A DNA stretch of 42,258 nt from a virus (lineage: Duplodnaviria; Caudoviricetes), in the IMG/VR virus record IMGVR_UViG_3300048896_000141, positions 1 to 42,258 of that record, one strand, 5' to 3'. This document shows positions 9,132 to 17,847 of the stretch, in pieces. How positions within the stretch are numbered: position 1 is the stretch's first letter; the number at the start of each line of letters is the position of its first letter. The translations under genes and the position numbers were made by a program. The notes below the pieces were generated by a model. That model searched no databases. It had not been told where the DNA came from and saw nothing but the letters and a program-made list of their open reading frames with translations.

Positions 9132-9329
9132 ATGAAAACCGAAATCATTTTATTAGCTAACAGCTATATGGAAATTTCTTCTTGGACTGACAGCAAAGGT
9201 TCTCACAGTAATATAAATCGAACTGTAGATTATTTAGATGTGGCTGGTGCCGATGCTGGCGATCTTGAGTTGATGAATAAGAAAATAAATGCTAAAATTA
9301 ACAAATACGAAAGAATTCAACCACAATGA
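9132..9329 (+). CDS. Hypothetical protein
   Basis: RBS AAGGGG. Confidence 0.7.
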   Translation: MKTEIILLANSYMEISSWTDSKGSHSNINRTVDYLDVAGADAGDLELMNKKINAKINKYERIQPQ

Positions 9330-9378
9330 AAGGAAGGCGATCTATCTCCACGATACCTATCTTGCAATGGTTAAGTTT

Positions 9379-9401
9379 AGAGCGCTGAGGCGCTCTTTTT
9401 T
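9379..9401 (+). terminator. Rho-independent terminator at the convergence of the two arms
   Basis: AGAGCGC-TGAG-GCGCTCT followed by a T run. Confidence 0.85.
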
Positions 9402-9873
9402 ATTTGGGCCAAGACTCTTCTAAGGTTTTGACGTCATTTGCGTGTCCGTCAGCGTCTTTTGCCAGCTGTCCATATTTTGCTTGGCAATCTCCGAATACGG
9501 AAAGAGCGGCATCTGCTGTCTTGCGGATGGCATCAATGGTAGCTGAGGGCAAGCTGTTGCGGATATTTGAGGTTGTGTTGCGCAAGCTGCTAGAAGTAGC
9601 GGCAACACTATCAGAAAGAATTTTGATTTGTTGATCACGTTTAGTTGCTGCATTTTGCGCCTCTTCAAGTTGTTTATTTAATTGTGCTTCTTTTGCTCTT
9701 GCAGATTGCTCAGCAACTAATTGTTTCGCTGTATATTCTGCAACGGCTTTATTGTAACCAATTGATTGCTCATGATTAAGAAACTTGTGAACACCAAAAC
9801 CTATTGCGGCTAACAATGATACCGCCGCAACTATTTCAAGTATTAATTTGTATGGAGCTAATAAAGCTAGCAT
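9400..9873 (-). CDS. Inner-membrane spanin (Rz-like)
   Basis: N-terminal TM helix, coiled-coil periplasmic part, ends WPK; downstream of endolysin and holin. Confidence 0.8.
   Translation of the reverse strand: MLALLAPYKLILEIVAAVSLLAAIGFGVHKFLNHEQSIGYNKAVAEYTAKQLVAEQSARAKEAQLNKQLEEAQNAATKRDQQIKILSDSVAATSSSLRNTTSNIRNSLPSATIDAIRKTADAALSVFGDCQAKYGQLAKDADGHANDVKTLEESWPK
9420..9668 (-). CDS. Outer-membrane lipoprotein spanin (Rz1-like), embedded in the i-spanin gene
   Basis: Lipobox LLLAAC and Pro-rich mature part in another frame fully inside the i-spanin gene; true start probably downstream of 9668. Confidence 0.75.
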   Translation of the reverse strand: MKRRKMQQLNVINKSKFFLIVLPLLLAACATQPQISATACPQLPLMPSARQQMPLFPYSEIAKQNMDSWQKTLTDTQMTSKP

Positions 9874-10070
9874 GGTTTATCCTTAATGTCTGGTAAAAGC
9901 ATTTTTATTGAAGCAGACACAGCGCCTCCCAAACCTGCAGCTTGTCCCCAATCTAATCCAAATCCTAATTTTGATCCAGTTAGAGTCACTAAAAAACCTA
10001 TGCCTTGCCAAGTGCTAGGTTCTCCTAGTCGATCAAGAAAGTATCTACAAACTTTAAGGAATTTTTCCAT
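9867..10070 (-). CDS. Putative holin
   Basis: DRLGEPSTWQGI followed by two hydrophobic segments; between endolysin and spanins. Confidence 0.65.
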   Translation of the reverse strand: MEKFLKVCRYFLDRLGEPSTWQGIGFLVTLTGSKLGFGLDWGQAAGLGGAVSASIKMLLPDIKDKPC

Positions 10071-10552
10071 TATTTTGCACCATAATTCAAATTGTTCATT
10101 ATGCGATTCATCCACCCTTTTCCAAATTTAGGCCAAATTTTAAGACCTGTTAAATATTGGATACGGTATGCATTAAATCTCATGATGACTTTAAGAGGGT
10201 CATTTTGACGTGAAGCTTTAATTGTTTCAGCGCCGATAATACCGTCAGCTTTAATGTTGCAAGATTGTTGCAACCATTTGACAGCTTCCCCACCATTGTA
10301 AATTGTGTCAAATACTTGGAAAGCTATACGTGGTTCAAGTTGGTCACACATTGCCACATCCCAATAAGATTTTTTAGCAATACCTTTGGCTAGAATTAAA
10401 GGTACATCTTTAATTTCACCTTTATAACCATTGGCGCGAGCAATATGCTCTGTAATTCCAAAACGAGTCGCCCCACCCGGATCATCAGGGTTGTTTGAGT
10501 AACCCCCTTCATTGATCATTAACTGATCAAAAGCATCATCAAAGTTTGCCAT
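10070..10552 (-). CDS. Endolysin, glycoside hydrolase family 108 with C-terminal peptidoglycan-binding region
   Basis: EGGYSNNPDDPGGATRFGIT; DGIIGAET; FGKGWMNRI. Confidence 0.92.
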   Translation of the reverse strand: MANFDDAFDQLMINEGGYSNNPDDPGGATRFGITEHIARANGYKGEIKDVPLILAKGIAKKSYWDVAMCDQLEPRIAFQVFDTIYNGGEAVKWLQQSCNIKADGIIGAETIKASRQNDPLKVIMRFNAYRIQYLTGLKIWPKFGKGWMNRIMNNLNYGAK

Positions 10553-10775
10553 GTCTATCTTCCAAATCTCGTTCAATCATTTTATTGATCCTAGCTTGAC
10601 GATAATTTACCACAATAACTATTGCGCAAGCAACACAACCTAGAAACATAGAAATTGCACCTAGCAAGTCATGGATTAAAGGTAAGTTTGTAAATATACT
10701 ATTTATAAAACCAAGTACAAAAGTACCTACGCCAATCATCAATGAGCTTACTGATTCTTTAACATGATCTATCAT
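10539..10775 (-). CDS. Holin/antiholin-like membrane protein
   Basis: Two TM segments and a charged C-terminus, immediately upstream of the endolysin. Confidence 0.55.
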   Translation of the reverse strand: MIDHVKESVSSLMIGVGTFVLGFINSIFTNLPLIHDLLGAISMFLGCVACAIVIVVNYRQARINKMIERDLEDRHGKL

Positions 10776-10789
10776 TTAAGCTCTCCTTA

Positions 10790-12220
10790 TTAAGGTGTTC
10801 GAATGGCGTTAATTCTACATGTGGCTGTCATAGTAGATACTGCAAAAATTGATATTGCATTTATACCATATACAACAGAACCGTTGCTATTCACAAATTG
10901 TGTAGGGGCAACCATTGCTTCGCTAGTTGCAGCTGCAAAAGTACCTGTTAAATTAGTGAATAGTGGATCGGCAGGTAAAGTATTTGTAGTTGTATTTATA
11001 CCAACTTTAAAAAGGGATGATGTTGTGCTTGCAGCGGCATTAAATGCGCAACTTCCTGTTAATTCCCAATTTCCAGCAGTAGGTGTAATTGATGCAATCG
11101 TTAAAACTGAACTAGAACTTAATGATGTATTTGTACCAATGGCTGTAAATATTTCACCAATACTTCCAGCACTGACTGCCGCTGCAGAAGTTGATCCTAA
11201 AATACCAGTTGGATAATGAGGTGTTATTGCACCTGTCGTGGCGGTCAATGTTGTACCTGATATTGCAGCCGCAGCAGTACCTCCAATTGCGGGAGGTGAT
11301 GCTAAATAAGTACTGAAACCAGTACCACTAACTGTTGAACTTGCTGCCAGAGTTGTAAATGATCCAGTGCTACCTGAAATAGGTGTGCTTGATATTGAGC
11401 TTGCCCATGCAGGAGAACCTGCAACAACAGTATAAATATTATTGGTTGATCCAATTGCTAATCGAGTAGGTGCTCCTGATGCTCCACCAATGATAGTATC
11501 CCCTAAAGTTGTCATTGGGTTTATTAATCCGCCAGATGACCATGTTGGGACTCCGCCAGCTAACGTTAATACATTAGTGTTACTTCCAACCGCTAAAAAA
11601 GTTGTTGTTCCCGATCCAGTTTGATAAGGTAATGAACCATTTGCACCACCAGCTATATTTGTAGTAGTTGTTGCAGTCGTAGCAGTTGCGGCATTTCCAC
11701 CGATATTTAATGCCGTTGCTGTGCCTGTCAAATTAGTGGCAATTCCGCTCGCAGGTGTACCTAATGCGGGTGCTGTAAGAATTGGAGTATTTATGGTAGG
11801 GGATGTTTGAACTACAAACGTTGAACCTGTTCCTGTTTGCGCCCCAATACTTGTTGCATTTCCAACACTAGTAATTACACCTGTCAAATTGGCATTGATC
11901 GTTGCTGTGCCTGAAGTATTCCCAGTTCCACCCGAATCTTTAGGGATTGGTGTACTGGCACTAATAGTTGTAGCCACAACAGCGCCGTTCCATCCAGTCG
12001 ATAATATTGATCCTGCGCTAGAGCCAGCCACACTAAAACCTATGCCGGGATTAGCCCAATATAAACCGGTTGTAGTAGCCCCTGTAAATCCATATGTAGG
12101 GGTTCCTACCGCCCCAGTCGCATTACGTATCCAACCGCTGGCGGTTAGATTGACCACTGGAAAGGTTTGAGATTGAGCACCTATACATATCAATAGTAAT
12201 GATAAAAGTAGTTTTTTCAT
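10790..12220 (-). CDS. Gly/Thr/Ser-rich tail fibre-like protein with a signal-peptide-like N-terminus
   Basis: ATG 12220 in ATGA overlap; internal repeats (GSLPYQTGSGTTTFLAVGSNTNVLTLAGGVPTW / GDTIIGGASGAPTRLAIGSTNNIYTVVAGSPAW); C-terminal beta domain. Confidence 0.65.
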   Translation of the reverse strand: MKKLLLSLLLICIGAQSQTFPVVNLTASGWIRNATGAVGTPTYGFTGATTTGLYWANPGIGFSVAGSSAGSILSTGWNGAVVATTISASTPIPKDSGGTGNTSGTATINANLTGVITSVGNATSIGAQTGTGSTFVVQTSPTINTPILTAPALGTPASGIATNLTGTATALNIGGNAATATTATTTTNIAGGANGSLPYQTGSGTTTFLAVGSNTNVLTLAGGVPTWSSGGLINPMTTLGDTIIGGASGAPTRLAIGSTNNIYTVVAGSPAWASSISSTPISGSTGSFTTLAASSTVSGTGFSTYLASPPAIGGTAAAAISGTTLTATTGAITPHYPTGILGSTSAAAVSAGSIGEIFTAIGTNTSLSSSSVLTIASITPTAGNWELTGSCAFNAAASTTSSLFKVGINTTTNTLPADPLFTNLTGTFAAATSEAMVAPTQFVNSNGSVVYGINAISIFAVSTMTATCRINAIRTP

Positions 12221-12465
12221 ACTGGAACCCCTGAAGCAGTAACCCAAATTGCAGGTGAAACCTGTGTACACCATATAGGCAAACCTAATGTTGTATCAAA
12301 ATAAGGTTGATAAAGAACTGGTAAAGCAGGTCTAGCAGCAGTAGTACCTCCTGAAGGGGGTAAAACAGCATTGACGGCATTTGCCAAATTACTAAAATTG
12401 GCATCCCCCTGTGCCCAGCTCAATGAAGATGATTGATTAGCTCTTAAACTTACCGTGACTGTCAT
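12217..12465 (-). CDS. Small tail fibre adaptor-like protein
   Basis: LSWAQGDANF N-terminus and GTTAARP...YFDTTLG module. Confidence 0.6.
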   Translation of the reverse strand: MTVTVSLRANQSSSLSWAQGDANFSNLANAVNAVLPPSGGTTAARPALPVLYQPYFDTTLGLPIWCTQVSPAIWVTASGVPV

Positions 12466-12917
12466 ACTGGATTCCCCTGCCCGTTATGCCACACAATGGA
12501 AGGTGTTATTTGATTACAATTAATTTGATAACCCAAAGTTGTATCATAATAAGGTTCTCCAATAATTGTAGGTATAGGTCTCTGTGAAGTGGTCCCTGAG
12601 TTTATTTGCATAAATTGATTTGCAGTTCCGGCAGTAAATAGATTTGCCACAAAGTCACCTACATACCAGTTTCTTGCAACAGTACCTTCTTGTGCCCTTA
12701 CTATTGTTAAAATATCACCAGTTATATTAGTACAATGAATAATTTCCGTTATTGCCGCATTTAAAGCACTTGATAGTGTCAAAACTAATAATTGACCTGT
12801 TGTAGGTATAGGGAAAGCATTACCCGTCCCATTAGCAACAGTCATTACTAAATCTGTAAATAATACATCAGCGGCAAGAACCGTTTCAGTTTTATTAGAG
12901 AAAAGTAACTGTGTCAT
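12462..12917 (-). CDS. Tail fibre anchor/adaptor-like protein
   Basis: N-domain paralogous to 13189..14568; C-module paralogous to 12217..12465. Confidence 0.65.
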   Translation of the reverse strand: MTQLLFSNKTETVLAADVLFTDLVMTVANGTGNAFPIPTTGQLLVLTLSSALNAAITEIIHCTNITGDILTIVRAQEGTVARNWYVGDFVANLFTAGTANQFMQINSGTTSQRPIPTIIGEPYYDTTLGYQINCNQITPSIVWHNGQGNPV

Positions 12918-13192
12918 ATTATCGCCCATGTGTCAGATGTTGCACCTGTAAATTTTATGGCAAGTACAGGAAAATTCAACACATAATAAAGTTGCCCAGT
13001 TTTAGTACCTGTCGGTGTCACTGCTGGATAAAAAGTAGTTCCATCAACTGATAAAGTTATTGTTGGTGTAGTGGTTGAATTAAATACAATAGTAGATATT
13101 GGTTTTAAATTATTCACACTGACAGTTGCACTTGATCCCGTTAATGTTCCTGATAATGGTGCCCCATAAGCTGTTGGATTTAAAGTTGTCAT
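12914..13192 (-). CDS. Small beta-rich putative virion protein
   Basis: Thr-rich 92-aa ORF in the fibre cluster with ATGA overlaps. Confidence 0.6.
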   Translation of the reverse strand: MTTLNPTAYGAPLSGTLTGSSATVSVNNLKPISTIVFNSTTTPTITLSVDGTTFYPAVTPTGTKTGQLYYVLNFPVLAIKFTGATSDTWAII

Positions 13193-14568
13193 ATTGTATA
13201 CCCTGAAATAAATATAGAAACACCCGTGTTAGTAATTCCACTTGCTATCAATGAAAAATTAAACGTTTGTGTATTTGCAACATAAGTATCATTGAATGTT
13301 GCCACTAATGTACTGGGTGACACTGCGTACCAAGTCGCCACACTTTCACCAATTGAACTACCTGCATTATCAAGAACTGAAACACTTAAAGAACCCGTAC
13401 CAGACAAAGGTGTCAAATCAAAAATACTATTAATGGCGACGGCGTTTAATGGAACTGCTGCAGCTGCGGATTGAGGGGTTGCTGCAACAGGTAATGACGT
13501 GGTTGTGCTTAAAATTAAATTTTTAGGTATATGCAATGTGCGATCTATTTGTCTACACGAATTAATATGACCACTACTATCAGTGGGTACTACAGCAATT
13601 AATGCCGTGTAAATATATCCTGAAGGTAAAAAACTTCCATTATAAAAGCCAGTACGATAAACCGAAGCATTAGTTGCAAATACGCTGGCGGTTGCTGTTG
13701 TAGGGTTATAGGCGGCATATATTGCTACAAAGTTATTGGTTGGAGGACTACCATTATCCATACCTCCCGCACCAACAGTGGATAAGTTTAAAGTTTTACT
13801 GAAATTAGTCAACTTTATTGATTGAGCACCTGTTGAATTTATTAAAATTATTTCATCTGCAGTTATGGTTGTAGAAAATGACGGTGTTGTTACAAGTAAA
13901 TTTAAATTTCTAATGTCCCCAACTATTCCAGACGCACCACTAGATATTGATGGATTTGACATTACCCATGCATTATATGTTGCACTCCAATTCAATTGAA
14001 TTGGATAACCTGCGCTAGGTATATCACCAACAATAAGCAATTGATTTCCACCCCTTACGATATTTTTAACACCTGTTACTGTACTACCCATTGTCAAATT
14101 AAGTGTTACTGTACCAGAAGTATTTGCACCAGACGCAGTTATAGTTAATGGCATCCCATCTTGAGGAGTGGTTAAATTAGAAGTTATTGTGGCAGTTAAT
14201 GCATTTACTGTTCCAGCAGCAACACTAAATTCATAAATACCTTCTTGAAATTGATCTGGTTGAATGAATACTGCTTGCGTTCCTGCTGTAGGATAACAAC
14301 TCACAAAATCACCAGCCAACCAAGAAATTGCAGTTGTATTTTCTTTTCCACGTTGAATCGTGCACACATCACCAGTTACATCTGTCACCCATAAAATTTC
14401 ATTTACAGATGCAGTTGCAGCATCAACAAGTGTCATAATGAAATATTGTCCTGCAGTTGGATGCGGAAATGCCGCCCCTGTACCCGGAAATAAAGTAAGG
14501 GTTGTTACACTATTATTTATCGGTGCAGCTAAAGTAGTAGCTTCGTTATTGCCAAAAATTAAAATCAT
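13189..14568 (-). CDS. Tail fibre protein
   Basis: Follows the baseplate wedge genes; baseplate-anchor N-domain (IQRGKENTTA..W.AGD), GAGGMDNG...PSGYIYTALI domain. Confidence 0.75.
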   Translation of the reverse strand: MILIFGNNEATTLAAPINNSVTTLTLFPGTGAAFPHPTAGQYFIMTLVDAATASVNEILWVTDVTGDVCTIQRGKENTTAISWLAGDFVSCYPTAGTQAVFIQPDQFQEGIYEFSVAAGTVNALTATITSNLTTPQDGMPLTITASGANTSGTVTLNLTMGSTVTGVKNIVRGGNQLLIVGDIPSAGYPIQLNWSATYNAWVMSNPSISSGASGIVGDIRNLNLLVTTPSFSTTITADEIILINSTGAQSIKLTNFSKTLNLSTVGAGGMDNGSPPTNNFVAIYAAYNPTTATASVFATNASVYRTGFYNGSFLPSGYIYTALIAVVPTDSSGHINSCRQIDRTLHIPKNLILSTTTSLPVAATPQSAAAAVPLNAVAINSIFDLTPLSGTGSLSVSVLDNAGSSIGESVATWYAVSPSTLVATFNDTYVANTQTFNFSLIASGITNTGVSIFISGYTI

Positions 14569-15272
14569 TATGTGACCACCGTGAAATTATATTGAAACGG
14601 TAATTGTAAAATTTCTGATGTTATTGCTTCTTGTAAAATTGTAGCAATGGTTGACGGATTTATAGTTATGGTGATATTGTTTCCACTTGAATAAATAACA
14701 CTTATATCGTTTGTATCTGAAGGATATAGAGGGGTTCCGTTCACTCCATTTAAAAATCTATAAATTCGATTTTTTAACCAACGAACATTGAATTGAAAAC
14801 CATCACCTTTGTACAAATTCCAAGTTAAAACACGTTTAAAAATATCATCATTAACTAATGACGTAACATTACCACTAAGTATTAACGCTTCATTATAAGG
14901 TATTTTGTTATATACCACACTATTATAAACCCCACCTCCAAGAATAACCCCGCTGGTTGTTAAATAAGGGCGACTGAATCCGTACAGATTTAAAGCTACC
15001 CAATCTAATAAAATGCCAGTTATATTATTTGATGTCCATACAGGTAGATTTAAATTTATTAAATAATCTAAAGAATTTTGCGCAGAATTGTTATATGCTA
15101 AAAAAAATGATTCTACATTATTATCAGGTTGGTATTCTTGATATAAATATGAGGGTAAAATTTCAGTTATGGGATTAACTGCCCATGCAGGTATGTTCGG
15201 TTCAACACCTTCGAAAAAATAACCCTCATCAATATATCCGGGAGCAATATAGAATATTGAATCGTCCATCAT
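14568..15272 (-). CDS. Baseplate wedge protein (DUF2612-like)
   Basis: GILLDWVALNLYGFSRP, DDIFKRVLTWNLYKGDG; directly after baseplate J. Confidence 0.7.
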   Translation of the reverse strand: MMDDSIFYIAPGYIDEGYFFEGVEPNIPAWAVNPITEILPSYLYQEYQPDNNVESFFLAYNNSAQNSLDYLINLNLPVWTSNNITGILLDWVALNLYGFSRPYLTTSGVILGGGVYNSVVYNKIPYNEALILSGNVTSLVNDDIFKRVLTWNLYKGDGFQFNVRWLKNRIYRFLNGVNGTPLYPSDTNDISVIYSSGNNITITINPSTIATILQEAITSEILQLPFQYNFTVVT

Positions 15273-16897
15273 TAACCTTGAATAATAAACACATTAGCTG
15301 TAGTGGTATTGAAATAGGATTCTGGATCACCAAATATCGTCCCTGTATTTACAACGGGCGCTGTAACTATTCCATTTATACTCACAGAGAAAATCATTTT
15401 TGAAATTAATTGTATTTGTAACAATCCACTTATTGAAGCCAAAAACGCCGCTTGCATATCGAAAATATTTATAGGTTGTCCAACAGGTATTTGATTAATG
15501 TAAGCGGTTATCGCCGGAGCACCTACCTGGGCGATAGCTGTATCAGATACAAAATTAGTCGCAATGGTGTTCCATGTCAAATCTATAATTACTGATTGTT
15601 GAGGTGGATTAACAAAAGTTATACTGTATGTGTCAGGGTAATCATTTAGAGATACTGTTATATTACGTAAATTTGGTGTAATAATTGCACTACTTGCTGT
15701 ATATGTACCACTTGTCACACTATCAAATCCTGTATAACCGGTTTGCGTTGCTGCACCTGGATTGCTTACTAATGGATATGTAAAGGTATTTGTACCGGTG
15801 CGTGTAAATGTAAATGCCCCACTATATGCTGCAGGTAATGCATTATAAATATGACCTGCGCTGGTTCCGACTGGTAAATTATGAGGTTGGGTAGTTGTTA
15901 CAGTAACTACACTTGCTGACCATACTAAACTTGTTATTGCTACATTTAAACTGAACGTGGTTTCGCTTAATACAATTACAGTGTAAGGAATAGCGTTCAA
16001 ACCTGACATCCCTAATGCACCAGCAAAAGTTATTATTTGCCCTGTCGAATAACCGTGGTTTAAATTTGTTGTAACAACGGCAGGATAAGCATTAGTAATT
16101 GCTGTTGCAATAAGAGTTGAACCGACTATATTAAATATATCTGGAATACCTGTCAAAATTGCATTAGCTACAGCATAAGGATCACCGCCTCCTACAATAA
16201 TTTCCCATTGCGTACCAGAGGCTCGCACTGATACTAAATTAGATTGCACACCAACAATTTTTTCTAATTGCGTTTTCAAAAATTGAGGAACTCCTTGCGC
16301 TGTAGCTTGTCCTGCCTGTATGACTTGTGATCTATAATCTTCTATTGTTTGAGAAGGTTCGCCGGGAATACCTGTAACCAAATTGATACACGAAATAGTT
16401 ATTGAAGGTGGAACAGAACTTATAATTTGAATAACTGTTCCTATAGGTACTGCAAAGCTTCCGGGGGTAGTTGATATACAGAATAAAGGGGTACTTTGAC
16501 CCGAAGTTTGAATTACACCGCCATCTTGAACTACATACTGATTAGTTCCGTCTGATACAATTACACCGGGATTTATTACGAAACCTAAGTTAGAACTGAT
16601 AAAAGTGACAAAAACTGAAGTGTTAGCGCCTATGCCTTGTTGAACCCCATAAACTTGCCCCAACTGATAAAGCAAAAACCCATTTGCTGTTAATGGACTG
16701 ATTGAATTTATTAAGTCGGATGTAGCTTGATCTATAACGACTAAAGCTCCCGTTGCAGTACTTGCCATATCTTCAATAAGGGAACCCGGCAAATCGGTTG
16801 TGACACCTGGTGCCAATAGCAATGCAGCAGCTACTTCTTCAGCTAGAAGCGTTGTCGGCGGTATAGGAATGGCTCCTTGGTTCGTAATTGTAGGCAT
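15272..16897 (-). CDS. Baseplate J/gp47-like protein with two inserted beta-domains
   Basis: LPGSLIEDM, LGQVYG, QTIEDYRSQV, IVGGGDPYAVANAI. Confidence 0.85.
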   Translation of the reverse strand: MPTITNQGAIPIPPTTLLAEEVAAALLLAPGVTTDLPGSLIEDMASTATGALVVIDQATSDLINSISPLTANGFLLYQLGQVYGVQQGIGANTSVFVTFISSNLGFVINPGVIVSDGTNQYVVQDGGVIQTSGQSTPLFCISTTPGSFAVPIGTVIQIISSVPPSITISCINLVTGIPGEPSQTIEDYRSQVIQAGQATAQGVPQFLKTQLEKIVGVQSNLVSVRASGTQWEIIVGGGDPYAVANAILTGIPDIFNIVGSTLIATAITNAYPAVVTTNLNHGYSTGQIITFAGALGMSGLNAIPYTVIVLSETTFSLNVAITSLVWSASVVTVTTTQPHNLPVGTSAGHIYNALPAAYSGAFTFTRTGTNTFTYPLVSNPGAATQTGYTGFDSVTSGTYTASSAIITPNLRNITVSLNDYPDTYSITFVNPPQQSVIIDLTWNTIATNFVSDTAIAQVGAPAITAYINQIPVGQPINIFDMQAAFLASISGLLQIQLISKMIFSVSINGIVTAPVVNTGTIFGDPESYFNTTTANVFIIQG

Positions 16898-16899
16898 TA

Positions 16900-17217
16900 C
16901 TAACTCGCTATCTGTTGAATGACAGTACCATTTAAAAATGTCGCTGTCACATTATATGTTGGATTTGCAGCAGCTTGATTTCTAACTATAGTCAAATTTG
17001 CAAAATATTGTGAATATTGAGATTGTGTTCTATTTATAGCTGCATCTGGCGCAATTTGTGTCATAACGGATTGTTCGCCGGGTATTCCATAGTTACCATA
17101 AATTGGCGATTCATTTTGTGATAATCTTAAGGTTTGGATAAGTGTAGCTAAATAAATATAGTTTGGGTCAGTAATTTGTACCCATTGACCTAACGCATTC
17201 TTCCCATAGCTTCGCAT
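16900..17217 (-). CDS. Baseplate wedge / sheath initiator (gp25-like position)
   Basis: MRSYG..., ESPIYGNYGIP; between spike and baseplate J. Confidence 0.6.
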   Translation of the reverse strand: MRSYGKNALGQWVQITDPNYIYLATLIQTLRLSQNESPIYGNYGIPGEQSVMTQIAPDAAINRTQSQYSQYFANLTIVRNQAAANPTYNVTATFLNGTVIQQIAS

Positions 17218-17828
17218 TAAACTACCCCTAACGTATTTGATCCACCTGTTGTCACACCTGAATGTACATGCGCCAGATAAGGGGTTCCGTTAATTATTAA
17301 AGTCCCAGTAATGGTCACATTACCACCACTAATTACTATCGATGCCCCATTGTGATTCACTGAAATTTGATCCTCTGATATTATAACCGTGCTTGCCCCG
17401 TCTGTCGTCTGAATTACACCACCATTGGGAGCTATCAGAACTACTGCATTAGGGTCAATTGCCTCCCAATTGACATTGCCTATAGGTAAAAATACAAGAC
17501 CCCCAAGATTTGTTGGGTTAGATAATGGTGCAAGACCTAATCCAAGACCTGTGTTCCCTCCCAGACGTGCATTAGAAGACACACACACACCTTTGTCACC
17601 TATTTGCAATGGTAGTCTTAAATACTGACTTCCTACAGTAGTACATGTCACAGGTGGGGGCGTTAATTTACCATTATTAATATCAAATTTCACCGTGACA
17701 ATTGCACCATTAATTGCTGTAATAGTGCAAGGTAATCCCTGTCCTTGACCCTGTAACTTATCGTCAATGGAATCTTGTACAAACCCCTGTATAGACAGGG
17801 CGAATGGTGTTTTTAATGAATTTGAAAT
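17217..17828 (-). CDS. Baseplate central spike (Gp138/gpV-like), probable ATT start at 17828
   Basis: LPLQIGDKG, C-terminal HVHSGVTTGG iron-binding tip. The frame extends 45 codons upstream of the listed GTG (ISNSLKTPFALS...LPCTITAINGAIVTVKFD) with RBS AAGGGG 7 nt before ATT. Confidence 0.8.
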   Translation of the reverse strand: MSNSLKTPFALSIQGFVQDSIDDKLQGQGQGLPCTITAINGAIVTVKFDINNGKLTPPPVTCTTVGSQYLRLPLQIGDKGVCVSSNARLGGNTGLGLGLAPLSNPTNLGGLVFLPIGNVNWEAIDPNAVVLIAPNGGVIQTTDGASTVIISEDQISVNHNGASIVISGGNVTITGTLIINGTPYLAHVHSGVTTGGSNTLGVV

Positions 17829-17847
17829 TTTTACACCCCTTTTATAA

